Assembly: GCA_003427395.1 (NCBI GenBank)
Contig: BFEA01000010.1
Location: 4,029,169-4,093,168 of the forward strand
Length of the DNA stretch: 64,000 bases
Direction: 5' to 3'
DNA from: Chara braunii
Taxonomy: Eukaryota; Plantae; Charophyceae
A program made the position numbers and the translations under genes. Shown in pieces: positions 52,096 to 64,000 of the stretch (its first letter is position 1; each line of letters starts with the position of its first letter). The notes beneath the pieces were generated by a model. That model saw only the letters and a program-made list of their open reading frames with translations. It had not been told where the DNA came from and searched no databases.

Positions 52096-53060
52096 CAAAG
52101 CCGCAAACCCCCGGGGTCCCTGGAGCCCGGGCTTGGGAGGCCCCAACCCCCAAAAAAAAAAACAATTCGATAAATTTTCAAAAACAAAAAATATGGGAGG
52201 GTGCGCATGAACAACCTGCACCCCCAGGGCCAAACTTTGTTTTTGCCCAAAAATACCCCCTGGACCCCACCCCTGTGGGGTCCCCGCCCCCCTCTCACGC
52301 AGTTGTCCCAGGGGCCCGGGGTGTGGGGTGCCCATGGCTGGGGGTCCCCGCCCAGGGCCGGGGGTGCCCCAGGCCTGGGGGTCCCCCCGTGGGGCCGGGG
52401 CCGGGGGTAACCCGGGGCAGGGGGTCACCCAGGGCTGGGGTATGAAAAAAAAAAAAAAAACTCTCAAAAAAATCTGAAAAAAACATATGTTGTGTAAAAA
52501 CATAAACAAAACAACTTTTGCCTCAACATCATATTCAAAACCTTCATCAAATTTGAATTAAAAAAACAAATCAGTTTCTTTTTTTTCTTAAAAAAAAAAA
52601 AAAAACAGTTTTCGCCTCAGGGATGTTAGGTTTTGAAAATTTTAAAATCAATTACGAACTCAAAAAATTCAAAAAGAACAGTTTTAGTGTAGACCTGAAA
52701 AAGATCTACAACGCCATATTTTTTGTTTTGTTTTTAGAGATATTTTTAAAGCCTCAAAAAAACATTGAAAGTCCCGACCGCAGGGGGCTCCGTGGTGCGG
52801 TGGTCCCTGCCCCGGGGGTCCGCTTCCCGGGGGTCCGCCCCGGGGATGGCCACCCCGGGGGTCCCCTCCGCCACCCACGCGGGGGTGCGGGGGTACCCAA
52901 CCCGGGGGTCAGGGGTCCCGGGGGTGTCGCGTGCGTCCCCGAGGTGGGCACACCAGGGGGTCCCAGGGGTGTGCTGGAGGTCGGGGATCTCGGGGGCGGG
53001 GGTCCGGGGGTCATTGCCCCACCCCAGCTCCAGCCCCGGGGGTCCCCGGTGACAACCCTG
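52096..53060. mobile_element. GC-rich hAT-like non-autonomous remnant
   Basis: GGGTCCCC/CCCGGGG-rich blocks flank an AT-rich core; the right end reads CAGGGTTGTCACC on the minus strand. No TSD found. Confidence 0.5.
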
Positions 53061-55465
53061 CCGCTAACCAAATGGCCTGAGTGGCCAGCTGTGCACAGGT
53101 CGACAGTCAGGGGTAGCAGACAATGAGGGTGCAACCCTGCCCTTCGCCAAAAATAAATTATAACTCTACAGTCTCAACAAATCACTTGCTGATTGGCAGG
53201 AAGAGCGAATAATGTAAGTTGGTCGGTGGCCGACGGACTGATAGGTGACTACTTAAGGTATAATTGTAATGGTTGTAATAACATGTGCATTGCTCATCGA
53301 CATGATGAATGTTCTGTGTGTTCGTGAACTCCTTTGTCTTTGCGTTCACATTCTTCCGTTTCAGATTGAGAGCGAATCGTAGTAAATCACACATGTCATC
53401 ATACCCAATGAACTCCGGGAATGAGTGATTCGCAAAGAGAGTCAGCAAACAATGATTTACCTGCACGAAAACACACACATATATTTTTTTTTTTTTTTAA
53501 GAAATCAAAATGTGCTTAGAATGGTCCATTGCAAACTGAAGTTTCTCAGTAGATTTGGACTGTACTCAGCAAGCACAGTAGAGCCCCCAACTCAGATCTG
53601 AAAAAGAATAAGCGGATGAATGTTTTTTGACTGGTTCGCAAACCGCCGACCGTTCGGCCTGCCGACCTTCCCCACAAGACGGTCCTTGGTTGGGGTCATT
53701 GGTCGGCGGCCTGACAACCCAGGTTTGCATATATTAAAGACGAAGAGAGATAGTCATGGAAGATTACCTTGACTTACTTGCGTACAAAACTCTATAGGAA
53801 CCATTTCCATTGGTGAAAACATGAAACCACAAGACCAAAAACAACAAACAGATCCACATGTCTTCCATTGTTTGTCATCAAATGTCTTTGGAGTACATGA
53901 AGTTGTCTGAAGTTTGGCTGCTTTGATTTGTTCTTCCTCGAGTTCATAGGCACAATCTTCCGGAAGCTGTTGTCCTTGATAAAAGTTAATCAGCAATTGT
54001 TTGTCAAGGAACTCCTTTAGAACTGTTTGTCCTTGCTTTCCACGAAACTCGTTGTGATGACACTAAATTGATTTTTGAGTAGGGTTCATTTTTCCATTTG
54101 ATTAGGTAGAACCACTCCTGCAATCAATCAGTCGATAAAAAAAAATATGTTAATTATGTTATTTGAAGTTATTACCTAGGCTACCACCCGGGTCGCCGGG
54201 GTCCACGTTCTTTGCCCAGGTGGAAGGTCCCAGCAAAAACAAAGAAAAAAATATTAAAATTTTCTAAAAATTAATTTAAAAAAAACTATGCTGTGCAGAA
54301 AATTTAAACTGAACAACTTAATACAACCCATAAGCAACACACTAAGGCCAACGCTCACCGATTGCTCTGTTACACCGCTGACCATCCCAACAGCTAGCTC
54401 TACATCAGGCCGCACTCAGAGTAGTTAGTTGGACATAACTCTAAAAACCCAAAACGCACAGGGTATTGTCAAGTGTTTGAGAACCTAACGAGGTACCCTA
54501 CAAGAACGGGCTACCTCGAAGACTCACTCTGAAGAACTGGCGACCCCCACCAACAACCTCCCAGCCGCGACCACCAACCACACAAACTAACACTACGACA
54601 CCCACGACCACTGACCCAACACACAGCGCCCACACAACCACAAACCTCTCCCCTGACCAGTCCTCCCAGTGCACCAACCCACCTCACAATATCTGCCAAA
54701 CACATCCCCCTCGCTACCCCATCAGCACATAACACCCGCATGAAGCCAACACAAAGGAGATGGCCTGGTAGGCTCAGTACTAAACGAGAGACGCTCGTTC
54801 AAGAACTGACTCCCACTAACCCCTGAGACAAAAGAACACACCAGATTCCTCAAAAACCAACCTAGCATTCCAACCGCCCCACAATTCCCCACTACAATCA
54901 TCTCATTAAATCCCACACAGCAGCTCCCGACTGGACAATCTCACCAACCTAACACCTATATCGACCTTTGCTCAACCACCTCCAATCAAAGCCCCCGATA
55001 ACACAACTAAACACAGTCCAATCTACCCCTTCCCAACACACAAACACAACCCTCACACCCCCTTACCAGAGCCAAGCATCAGGAGGAAGCCAAAGAAAAA
55101 AAGCTCAGCAACCTCGAAGGAGCATCCCAAAAGAGAAGGGAAGCAGGCACACTACAGGCTACACAAGAGGGAATGACAGAGAGACAAAAGGTGGACTAGC
55201 ACCAGAAGATGTACAAAGCTAAGAGGGACAAAGAAACCGGAAGAGGAACGGACCCGCTTAAACCACCAGTACCTCGCTCAGTGTTCGGCCGCGGGCCTTC
55301 CCGTATACGCGCCGCAGCCTCAGGCTAGTCGGCCAAGGGAAGGCCCGGTCGTAGCGCCAAGGCCGGGCCTAGCTTCTGTAGGGACGACACATGATCAAAA
55401 AAGAAAGAAGAAAAAAAAAAAAAAACACAAACGAAAAAAAAAAACGGGAAAACAGTTGAAGTCGT

Positions 55466-55525
<60 letters not shown>

Positions 55526-55988
55526 NNNNNNNNNNNNNNNNNNNNNNNNNNNNNNNNNNNNNNNNNNNNNNNNNNNNNNNNNNNNNNNNNNNNNNNNNNN
55601 NNNNNNNNNNNNNNNNNNNNNNNNNNNNNNNNNNNNNNNNNNNNNNNNNNNNNNNNNNNNNNNNNNNNNNNNNNNNNNNNNNNNNNNNNNNNNNNNNNNN
55701 NNNNNNNNNNNNNNNNNNNNNNNNNNNNNNNNNNNNNNNNNNNNNNNNNNNNNNNNNNNNNNNNNNNNNNNNNNNNNNNNNNNNNNNNNNNNNNNNNNNN
55801 NNNNNNNNNNNNNNNNNNNNNNNNNNNNNNNNNNNNNNNNNNNNNNNNNNNNNNNNNNNNNNNNNNNNNNNNNNNNNNNNNNNNNNNNNNNNNNNNNNNN
55901 NNNNNNNNTCATGGTTCTTCCATCGATAGGATGAGCAAAATCGAATGAATCTGGGGCTATACCGTGGGAATATACACTGCCACACTTG

Positions 55989-56058
<70 letters not shown>

Positions 56059-56089
56059 CGAGTTAGCGGCGACCCTCCGTGCAGGTCGC

Positions 56090-56156
<67 letters not shown>

Positions 56157-56168
56157 GACTTTCAAATC

Positions 56169-56222
56169 GCAAAGCGGGAATGAATCTTCCCGCGAAAGTG
56201 GGAAGATTCATTCCCGCTTTGC
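56169..56222. other. Perfect 23-bp inverted repeat with GCGAAAGT loop
   Basis: GCAAAGCGGGAATGAATCTTCCC-GCGAAAGT-GGGAAGATTCATTCCCGCTTTGC. Confidence 0.9.
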
Positions 56223-57849
56223 CTTTCGGAAGCCTTCCTACAGCAGGCAGCGGGAATGAACCATTTATTTTTCTTATTTCTTTGTTTTTTTTCTTTGTTT
56301 TCTTCCCGTTTTTTTCGTCTGTCTCACATGGACGTTCGGGATGCCTGCGCCCGGTAGTCCGAGCCTCGGCACGGATCGGCGTACCGGTCGGCCGAGGCTC
56401 GGACTTGATAGCTGAGCGAGGTACTGGTGGTTTAAGAAGACGGACATCTACATGGCCAGAGTACAGCTCACAAGAAGGAGGAGCTTCTGAAACGGACACG
56501 ATATTCCAACCCCAGCATAAAAGAGAGAAATGTCTTAAGATAAAAAGTCAGAGAAACAAGGACAGCACTATGCCCAAACCCAAATCTGGAACATGAAAAT
56601 ATTACATACAATCTACCAGACCCTGGAAGCAGCTTGAAACTGGGCCTGGAACTCAGACAAGGGGAGGTTAGACAGAACCTCCCGGGTTTAGGATTTAAGC
56701 AAAACAACTTAAGAAGAGGGGTGATGGGCCCACAACCTAGTTTTCCTAATTTTAAAGGAGAGATCAGACGGATCCCCACAGGGTCTCCGAGAGGGAACAA
56801 GGTAAAGGCAGAGCACCACGAGACAAACAACAACGAGAGCGGTACGCAGAAGGAAAAAGAGAGAGAAAGTAGTAAAAAGCTGGGTCTATGGCCCAGTCGC
56901 TCTATTCCTTTCTAGCTGACCACATACGGATTCGACAGAAACTGAAGGGTTTCCGAGAGGAAATGGATACAACCGAGCTTCAGGATATCAGGGAGATAAT
57001 AGGACACAAACTTGGGTGAAACTTGAGAGTACTCCGAGAGGATGATGTGAGGCTTAAATCAAAGCTAGGAGGGTTATTAAACCGGCGGAGCGTGAAAGGT
57101 AAGCTGGCTGATGCTGTCAGATACACCTGGGTAGAATTGTGAGGTCCTCGGCCTCTTTTTCAGAGGTTTTTTAATACAAGCTCCTCTAGCTGCCAGGGTC
57201 TCTTGTTTTTTTTAGTGTTGGCTGTCAATGGGAGTATAAAGTGGTTTTAAAGGGGCTAAAAGGGTTTAAAGGGGGTTGCGTTAGTGGTTTTTTTTTTTTT
57301 TATATATATTTTTTTTTACCTGAGGAATTATAATGTGACCCTCCGCCAAAAGTTGTTTGGATTGCAATTCCACACAACATATATTTTTTTATGGATTTTT
57401 TTCATAATTTTGATAATTTTATTAAAAAAAAATTATGCGCTGATTCTGTTCGGAACCATGCTCAGGGGTCGTGACCGGCCAGGCGCCCGGTCGCCATTCC
57501 GGGTGCGACTTTGGGACCCGGATGCCCAGGAAATCCCCCAAGCCTTTTTGTGCAGACATTGTTTTTGCTATAATTAAGAACTATTGTAATAATCATTTTA
57601 CAAGGTTGGAAAATTTATTAACAACCAGGCCACTGACCAATGGCCCCGACCGCCAACCACAGTCGGTGGTCTACCGACCAGTCAGAAAATAGTAATCCAC
57701 TTATTTTTTTCCAGATCTGAGTTGGGGGTTGTACTGCACTTGATGAGTACAGCCCAAATCCGTTGAGAAGCTTAAGGTTGGAATTTTTTTTATTTGGGGG
57801 GGTAGGGGATGTGTCGTTGGGAGGTAGGTGGGGGCTGGGGCAGGGCTCT

Positions 57850-58890
57850 TCAGGGGGGTGTTTAGGGATTGTTCTCAGATACTTGCAGGGGGTCTTGATG
57901 TGGTGCTTGCAGTGCGGTTGTGAAGGAGTGCAGGGGGTATCCTGGACGTACTTGCAGGGGGTCTGCAGGGGGGGTCCTGAAGGACTGTGACGGAGCACCT
58001 GTCGGCAGTACTACAAATGAAAACACAGACTTGAATAGGCTTTTGGAGGACTGTTCAAGGGTACTCTGGGTGGTTGTTTGCAGGGCCATTAAGGGGTTTG
58101 CAGGGGGTACGTGGTGCATGGTTCAAAGAGGTTGGGGGAAAGGTTGATGGGTGAGGGGTTCTCAGGTTTTTTTTCAGAGACTCTTAGAGGGTACTTACAG
58201 GGGGCCTTGAGAGGGTATCTGGTGTGTGGTTTAAAGCGAGTGAATGGGGTTTCCAGGGGGTACTTGCAGGGGGTCTGCAGGGGGGGATCCCGAAGGACTG
58301 TGACAGAGTACTGCAAATGAAAACATAGACTTGAATGGGCTTTGGGGGGACTGTTCAAGGGTACTCTGGGTGGTTGTTTGCGGGGCCATTTAGGGGTTTT
58401 GCAAGGGGTATGTGGTGCATGGTTCAAAGGGGGTGGGGGGAAGGTTGTTGGGTGAGGGGTTCTCAAAGTTTTTTTCAGGGACTGATAGAGGGTACTTACA
58501 AAGGGTTTTGTGAGGGTACCTGCTGTGTGGTTTAGAGAGAGTCGAGGAGGTTTTCAGGGGGTACTTGTAGGAGCTCTGCTGCGGGGTCTTGATGGACTGT
58601 TTGAGGGGTCTTCAGGAGGTACTTGCAGGGGCTCTGCAGGGGGGATGTTGAGGTCTCCAAGGGTCGCTTCGTTGGGTATGGACTCAATATACATATATAT
58701 ATATATATATATACCCCTCGTTTGTTGTCCTCTTCTCTCTCTCTGCCTACGGTTTACCGGGCAGTTCTGTTTGTGACGATATATATATATAGATATATAT
58801 ATATACAGCCCCTCGTTTGTTGTCCTCTTCTCCCTCTCTGCCTACGGTTTACCGGGCAGTTCTATTTGACGATATATATATATATATATT
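57850..58890. repeat. ~300-bp G-rich tandem repeat (2-3 copies) followed by a ~100-bp (TA)n-bounded duplication
   Basis: 57945-58145 aligns with 58260-58445 (GTACTTGCAGGGGGTCTGCAGGGGGG...); CCCCTCGTTTGTTGTCC... unit at ~58714 and ~58809. Confidence 0.85.
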
Positions 58891-60407
58891 TTTTTTTTTT
58901 TTGCGCGCGCGGGGCTGACCACCGGTCAGGGGTAGCCGACTGTCGTTGTCGCTACTCTGTTAACAACACTTTTTGCATATTCTAAAAAGTGTTCATGTCA
59001 TATGCTTTGTTTCATGCTTTGTTTTTTTTTTTCTTATTTTTTTTTATAAACAATAGAACCTTGGGTTTCTGGCTCATTGTCCATTCCGGGGAGCGTCAGC
59101 CCGGTCCCTATTCAACCTGTAAGTCACAAAATTTACATGTATTATACGTACTCACACTCCTCCCTCTTCTGGTGTGGAGGCCTTGAAGCCGACATTGATT
59201 ACTTCTCGTGGAAGGATGTACCAAACTTCACCCCTGCCTAAGTTAGCCTTCCCTACGCTCTCTCCCAGCCTTATCTCTTCTTGCTTGCCGAACACCTTAC
59301 CACTTGTTTCCTCGCCCTCTGAATCGACCTGTTCCCGCTTGAACTCACTTCTGAATCTGGGGATTCCAGAATGCGGTTTGGGTTCTTCTGCTCTGGTGCA
59401 TTACCACTTAAGCCCGAAACCCTAAACCCTGGTACTCCTAGTTAGGCTTTCTCTTCGGTTTTGGGGTTTGCCTCCCTCTCCCGTTTTCTAAAGTGTGTTG
59501 CAGTCATGTGCCTCTTTCCTCCTTCGCTTCCCCTTTCTAGTACCTTACCTTGCCTATCTTTTGCTTGTTGTCCCCTTCATTGCTCTGTTCCTCTCCTCCC
59601 TTGCTGCTTGCTTTTCTGTTGATGTGCTGCCTTACCTTCTCATTCATACACCCTACACCCTCTGCACCTTTCTGCTCTGTTATTTTTCTCTCATTCAAAA
59701 AGAAATTAGGAGTTTGTAGCGGGGTAGGCGTTGGATACAAGGGTGTTCGTGGGGGTAGTATGGTGCGGGCTGTTGGGGAGGAGAATACGGGTGTTGGGGA
59801 GGAGTATAGGGGTGTCGGGGGGGAGGCTATGAAAGTGTTGATGGGGTTATTGAGGTCTCTCGAACTTAAAGTTTGAAAAAAAACTTTTAAAAAAGAATGC
59901 AGGGTCTGGTAGGTGCCGACCAGCCAGTGGTTGGCTGCTCTGCCCCGGACCAATCCAGGGCTACCAACTGCCAGCATGAGTACTCTGCTGTTGGGCTGCC
60001 AGAGTGACTCCGAACCAGTTGCATGCAGCATAATTGAATATATGTGAGTAGACTATCCTATGAGCACTTTCTATGGCATAATGTACTTTATGCAAAATCT
60101 TTTTTTTTTGCCTAACTTGTTGTCCAGGTTTTTTCAAACAACCAAGGTGCCTCGGGGAGGCTGATTGGTGGCACAAAAAAAACGGCTATGAACCTCAGGC
60201 CATAGCATAGTAGTTATTGAAGTTTAATCACTTTTTATTTCTTTTGGAAATTATATTGTTTGGAATCACGTTGTAGCAGATACGCCCACCATGCGCTCGA
60301 ATCACTCCTCATCTGCTCATTTGCCTCATCGTTCGCCTTGTGCAACTTTTACCTTAATCACGAATTCAACCATCTCGCGCCACTCAAACTTTGACAGATT
60401 CCTCCCC

Positions 60408-60815
60408 TCAATCGGAGGGGGCTGGAATCCCGTCAAATACCTCGATCTCCGTATCCCAGGTGACAGTTCTCCCTTCAGCTTTCAATCGTTCCTTCTCGGC
60501 AAGTACCAGCTTGACTGACCTCTTCCAACTACCTCCGTACATGTAACCTCCCGTCCGTCCCGTAGGTAGGTAGATTCTCACGCCGTACTCATCTAAACCT
60601 ATGATCCAATAGGTAAGGACGTATAAGCGCTCATGCTCTATACCGCCTTTTCGTACGTAATCATATCTAACCAGTTTGTAGGGCAGCACCTCTTTCCTCG
60701 TCTTCTCATTCAACGCTCCAATCACTCCATCTATTTCCTCTCTAGTCAGTCCTCGATCCTCATCTGATCTGCGACTCCAACATATTTGACCAAGGAAGAC
60801 GGTATGTCTGCCCAT
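60408..60815 (-). CDS. Hypothetical protein (135 aa), same strand and frame as the upstream ORF
   Basis: ATG-started ORF with globular, non-repetitive composition; no recognisable family. Confidence 0.4.
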   Translation of the reverse strand: MGRHTVFLGQICWSRRSDEDRGLTREEIDGVIGALNEKTRKEVLPYKLVRYDYVRKGGIEHERLYVLTYWIIGLDEYGVRIYLPTGRTGGYMYGGSWKRSVKLVLAEKERLKAEGRTVTWDTEIEVFDGIPAPSD

Positions 60816-60878
60816 CTACGACCGCATCTATCACTTCCATCGTCCTCAAACCCTGTAGACCTAACGCACCGTGCGCAT

Positions 60879-61958
60879 CTAGGCCCTAAGGTCGATTACT
60901 ATCCTCGCGAAATGGATCGCGCCCGCATCGACGTCGTCCTCCTCTATCTCCTCCTCAGACTCGGAGTCCTCCTCGTCAGAGTCCACCCAGTCGGGTTCCC
61001 ATGCCTCCTCGTCATCGACGTCGGCCTCGTCAACCAAGCGGTACCCCGGTGCCTCTATAATCTCGTAGTATCGCCTCAACTGATAGGGAACTATCAAAGT
61101 CTCGCTTCCCCACCACGAGTCTCAATGCTCCATGAAGAGTCGGTCTATCGATGTGATATACTCAAGCCCAGCCTGGCGCTCACGGTCCAGCAAATCCCAC
61201 ACGTACGGCGGCGGCGGATGCATCCACTCGTAACCCTCGTCTCTCCAGCCTCCCGGCGAGCCAGGAGCAATGGACCGGATCAGCTCTATGAGCTGGATCC
61301 GTTCGTCTCCCCAACGGGGCCTTGCGGTCACCAGGGAGTAGTAGATGTAATAAGAGTCAAGATCTCCCCTCGAGAAATGCTCTAACTCCTTCGCGGTGAG
61401 ATAGGCCTCGACCAAACCTCCTATCCCGCCGAATACTGCGTCAACTACAAACGAGGGGATGATCGCCCTCAATCTGCAGCCAGAGTGTGGGAAGAATCCG
61501 TCCTTAACTATCTGGAGCTCCCCTGTAATGATACGGGGAGGGTACCTGTGGATCCACCCTATCTCGTCCTGCTCCTCCTCGAGCCGGAAGACCGCTACCT
61601 CCTCCTGAAGGTATCGCTCTGGCCAACCGATAATCCCACAGGCTCCCCACGTCACAAGAGTCAAAGCATCCTTTTTGGCCACCTCTGGACTCAAGTACAG
61701 GTAAGCCTTGACCTCCCCGTAGGCAGTCTCTCCTGGATGCCGTCCGTAGGGTCCCTGGTTGCTCTTGAGCTCCCGGTACATCCGCAGCCAGACGCCAGAC
61801 AGCAAGAGGATCGATCTCCACTTATACCGGCCGTTGTGCCAGTCAGCGGGTCGAGTGGGCAGGGTGAACTCGGCCAGATCCCCCTCTATGAGCTCGGGAG
61901 GGTCAATAGTCCAGGATCGGTCTGCTGCATATTCCTCTATTGCCGAAGGTGGCCACAT
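60879..61958 (-). pseudogene. Unknown protein (~360 codons, one in-frame stop) related to Gypsy accessory ORFs A/B
   Basis: ORFs 61991-61122 and 61097-60879 share a frame. The ATG at 61958 follows a polypyrimidine-CAG acceptor. RAIIPSFVVDAVFGG resembles RTTLPDFIMNEAFNG and IVTLPDFIIDEVFKG. Confidence 0.55.
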
Positions 61959-62034
61959 CTGTGTAGCGCGGTAGAGGATATGAACGGGCAAAAAAGGAAG
62001 TCAGAAAGGGTCAATATTTTAAAAATTTTAACAA

Positions 62035-63030
62035 CACTTCGCCTCCTCCCCATTGGGATGGGGCTCGGGACGATGTCCCTATAAGACAACTGCTTATCTG
62101 GGTACTAAGAAGGACCTAAGCTACCTTGGATATCGAGGGTGTAGAATTTCAGACTCAAACTGAGCTTACACGCCTTATATTCGAGTTTTCTCGAATATAA
62201 GGCGCGTGCTCTACTCAACCCTCGAGCACGCTTTTGACCAGTGGATCTTATCCCCTAGTCAGAAACTCAAAATATAAGGAGTGGATACTCACTCTTAAAA
62301 TTTTTAAGCCATTATTTTATTTTTAGAAAATTTTAGGAATTTTAATTAATAAAAAATCCAAATAGATAAGAAAAATGCACTACCTCGCCCTTAGTATTTA
62401 GGGGGGATAGGCCCAAGTCCAAAAAGAAGCCCAAAACAAATCCCAACTTGTTTTCGTCCCTTGTTTAGATTTATTCCTAATTTTTTAACAATTAATTCCC
62501 TAAAATTATATTTTACTAAGGAAAATTTTCGTTCCTCGTTTCGGTTCTTAGGAATGGCAAGACAAACTTTCCCCAAAACAGGTGTGTCTTGCCAACCTTT
62601 TCTATCCTTTTTTAACGATTTTTCTCATATTTTATAGTAGTTAAAAACGAAATTAGAATAGGTTCGAATAAACTCCTTTTCTTATTTTATTTCTATAAAA
62701 AAACAAAATATATCGAGGCCCATTGATTTTTCTAGATTTATGGATGTGGAAAATTATTTCAGAAATTTTTCAAAAATTTCGGTAGCACTTCACCTCCCCC
62801 CGTTGGGATAGTGTTCGGGACAAGTCCCTCGAATAAGACTGCCGGAAGAAGAAATCAAGTAGAATAAATGAATAACAAAAAAATAAATTTTAATAAATTT
62901 TTAGATGTTTATTTTAATTTTTATAAGTTTTATTAACAAGAACTCAATTTAAACGGAAATTTTCTAAAATTCTCGGCAGTACTTCGTCCCCCCCGTGGGA
63001 TGGGGTTGGGGACGACGTCCCTTGAATCAC
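62035..63030. repeat. Three ~45-bp GC-rich double-hairpin motifs plus a perfect 15-bp hairpin in AT-rich DNA
   Basis: ACTTC..C.CC.CC..TGGGAT.G.G.T.GGGAC..GTCCCT at ~62036, 62787 and 62981; CGCCTTATATTCGAG-TTTT-CTCGAATATAAGGCG at 62171-62204. Confidence 0.75.
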
Positions 63031-63953
63031 TACCAAAGGGGAAACGAAGCAAAATAAATGAAAACAAAAACAACCGAATTTTAATTAGCTTTTAGATATT
63101 AATCTTGATTTTTATTTATTTTATTAGCAAAAATCGTAACCCTTAAGCAGCACTGGCCGCAGGGGGAGGCCAGTGTTCCACTGCGCACCGGAATCGGGTT
63201 GAAGTTTTGATGGGGGCTGGCTGATGAAGGCGATCGAGTGCGGGTGGGCGTGTAGAGTGGAGCGCATACCGAATTGTTCACAGCGCGCCACTAAACGAGA
63301 GAGCTCGCCCACGGGGCCGGGTACACGGCGGGCGTCGATGCGGATGAATATCTCAGCGTGCCTGTCGTCGGATAGCATTTCCGTGTCAATTTGTGTCCAG
63401 CCCCCTTTGTTTATTTTTCATTTTTGTGTTTCATATTCTATAAAAAAAAAAAATGACGTTTTGTTTCGTATTGTTATTTTTTACTTATTTTATAATTTAA
63501 TTTTATATTATATTATATTATATTTTTTTATTATTATTATATTTTTCGTTCTAGCATGTCGTTTTGTTTGCTTTTTTTGCCTTTTGTTTTCGTTTTGTTT
63601 CAAAAACAAAAAAAAAACTTTTCGTTTTTTTTCCCCCCTCGTGAATTTACATTTTTTATTATTAATATTATTTTTTTTGATGTGTCTCTTTCTTTTTGCA
63701 TCGGTCCGAAAACAAAAACAAACAAAGAAAGGCAAAAAAAAAAAAAAAAAAAGACAAATTTATTTTGCAATCGTTTTGGGTCGAAACGAACTTTCCACGA
63801 GAACACGGTGAGATGCAAGCACACCAGTGTTTGGTGCTCGGTCCGCACTGCGGGCGGGCCGTGGGCATCGCTATACCCTTGTCAAAATGTGAGAAAAAAA
63901 CGTGGCGGGTCATGTTCTAGCGGGAAGTTCATTCTCATTTGACTGTCTGTCTG

Positions 63954-64000
<47 letters not shown>

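Larger units (their letters stand above)
51173..54117 (-). pseudogene. Spliced KDZ (Kyakuja-Dileera-Zisupton)-type transposase pseudogene with chromodomain-like segment
   Basis: Exon 54117-53778 encodes EWFYLIKWKNEPYS... and KTCGSVCCFWSCGFMFSPMEMVPIEFCTQ. A phase-0 GTAAGT..CAG intron spans 53777-53461. The exon from 53460 encodes VNHCLL..PEFIGYDDMC.LLRFA..HVD..NH. The last exon encodes YMNRIRFNFILSIIC and is split by a MITE. Confidence 0.7.

Noticed and set aside
55325-56165. Long ORFs of 156-256 aa
   Set aside because: They span an N gap and dinucleotide repeats.
59417-59430. Telomeric AAACCCT repeat
   Set aside because: Only two copies; at most a telo-box.
53631-59970. Several additional hAT-like ends (53631-53722, 54176, 55277, 57625, 58935, 59901)
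   Set aside because: I could not pair TIRs or find TSDs, so no boundaries are supportable.

Overview
Repeat-dense eukaryotic DNA with three assembly gaps (8765-8855, 51402-51571, 55526-55907). The plant-type U6-like sequence, microsatellite load and TE spectrum suggest a streptophyte alga such as Chara; this is inference. No intact host protein-coding gene is evident. Mobile elements: a decayed Ty3/Gypsy element with two paralogous extra ORFs upstream of gag (1-7170); a related LTR-like copy (28.3-30.0 kb); a full-length decayed L1/Tx1-type LINE (17946-25466, minus); four non-autonomous hAT-type elements, each with an exact 8-bp TSD; and a spliced chromodomain+KDZ-transposase pseudogene (51.2-54.1 kb, minus). 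There is also a 91-bp satellite and an orphan ORF related to the Gypsy extra ORFs (60.4-62.0 kb). The most unusual signals are non-coding: (i) an array of 11 hairpins with different, self-complementary stems but a conserved ~17-nt loop (12922-13697); (ii) a second, unrelated array of YACG-loop, bulged-A hairpins (34.6-35.8 kb); (iii) a Pol III-like small RNA unit with a covarying terminal stem inside both LTR-like copies; (iv) a tRNA-like, tRNA-like, U6-like cassette (25.5-26.1 kb) with altered ACAGAGA and AGC motifs. All alignments and folds were done by eye.
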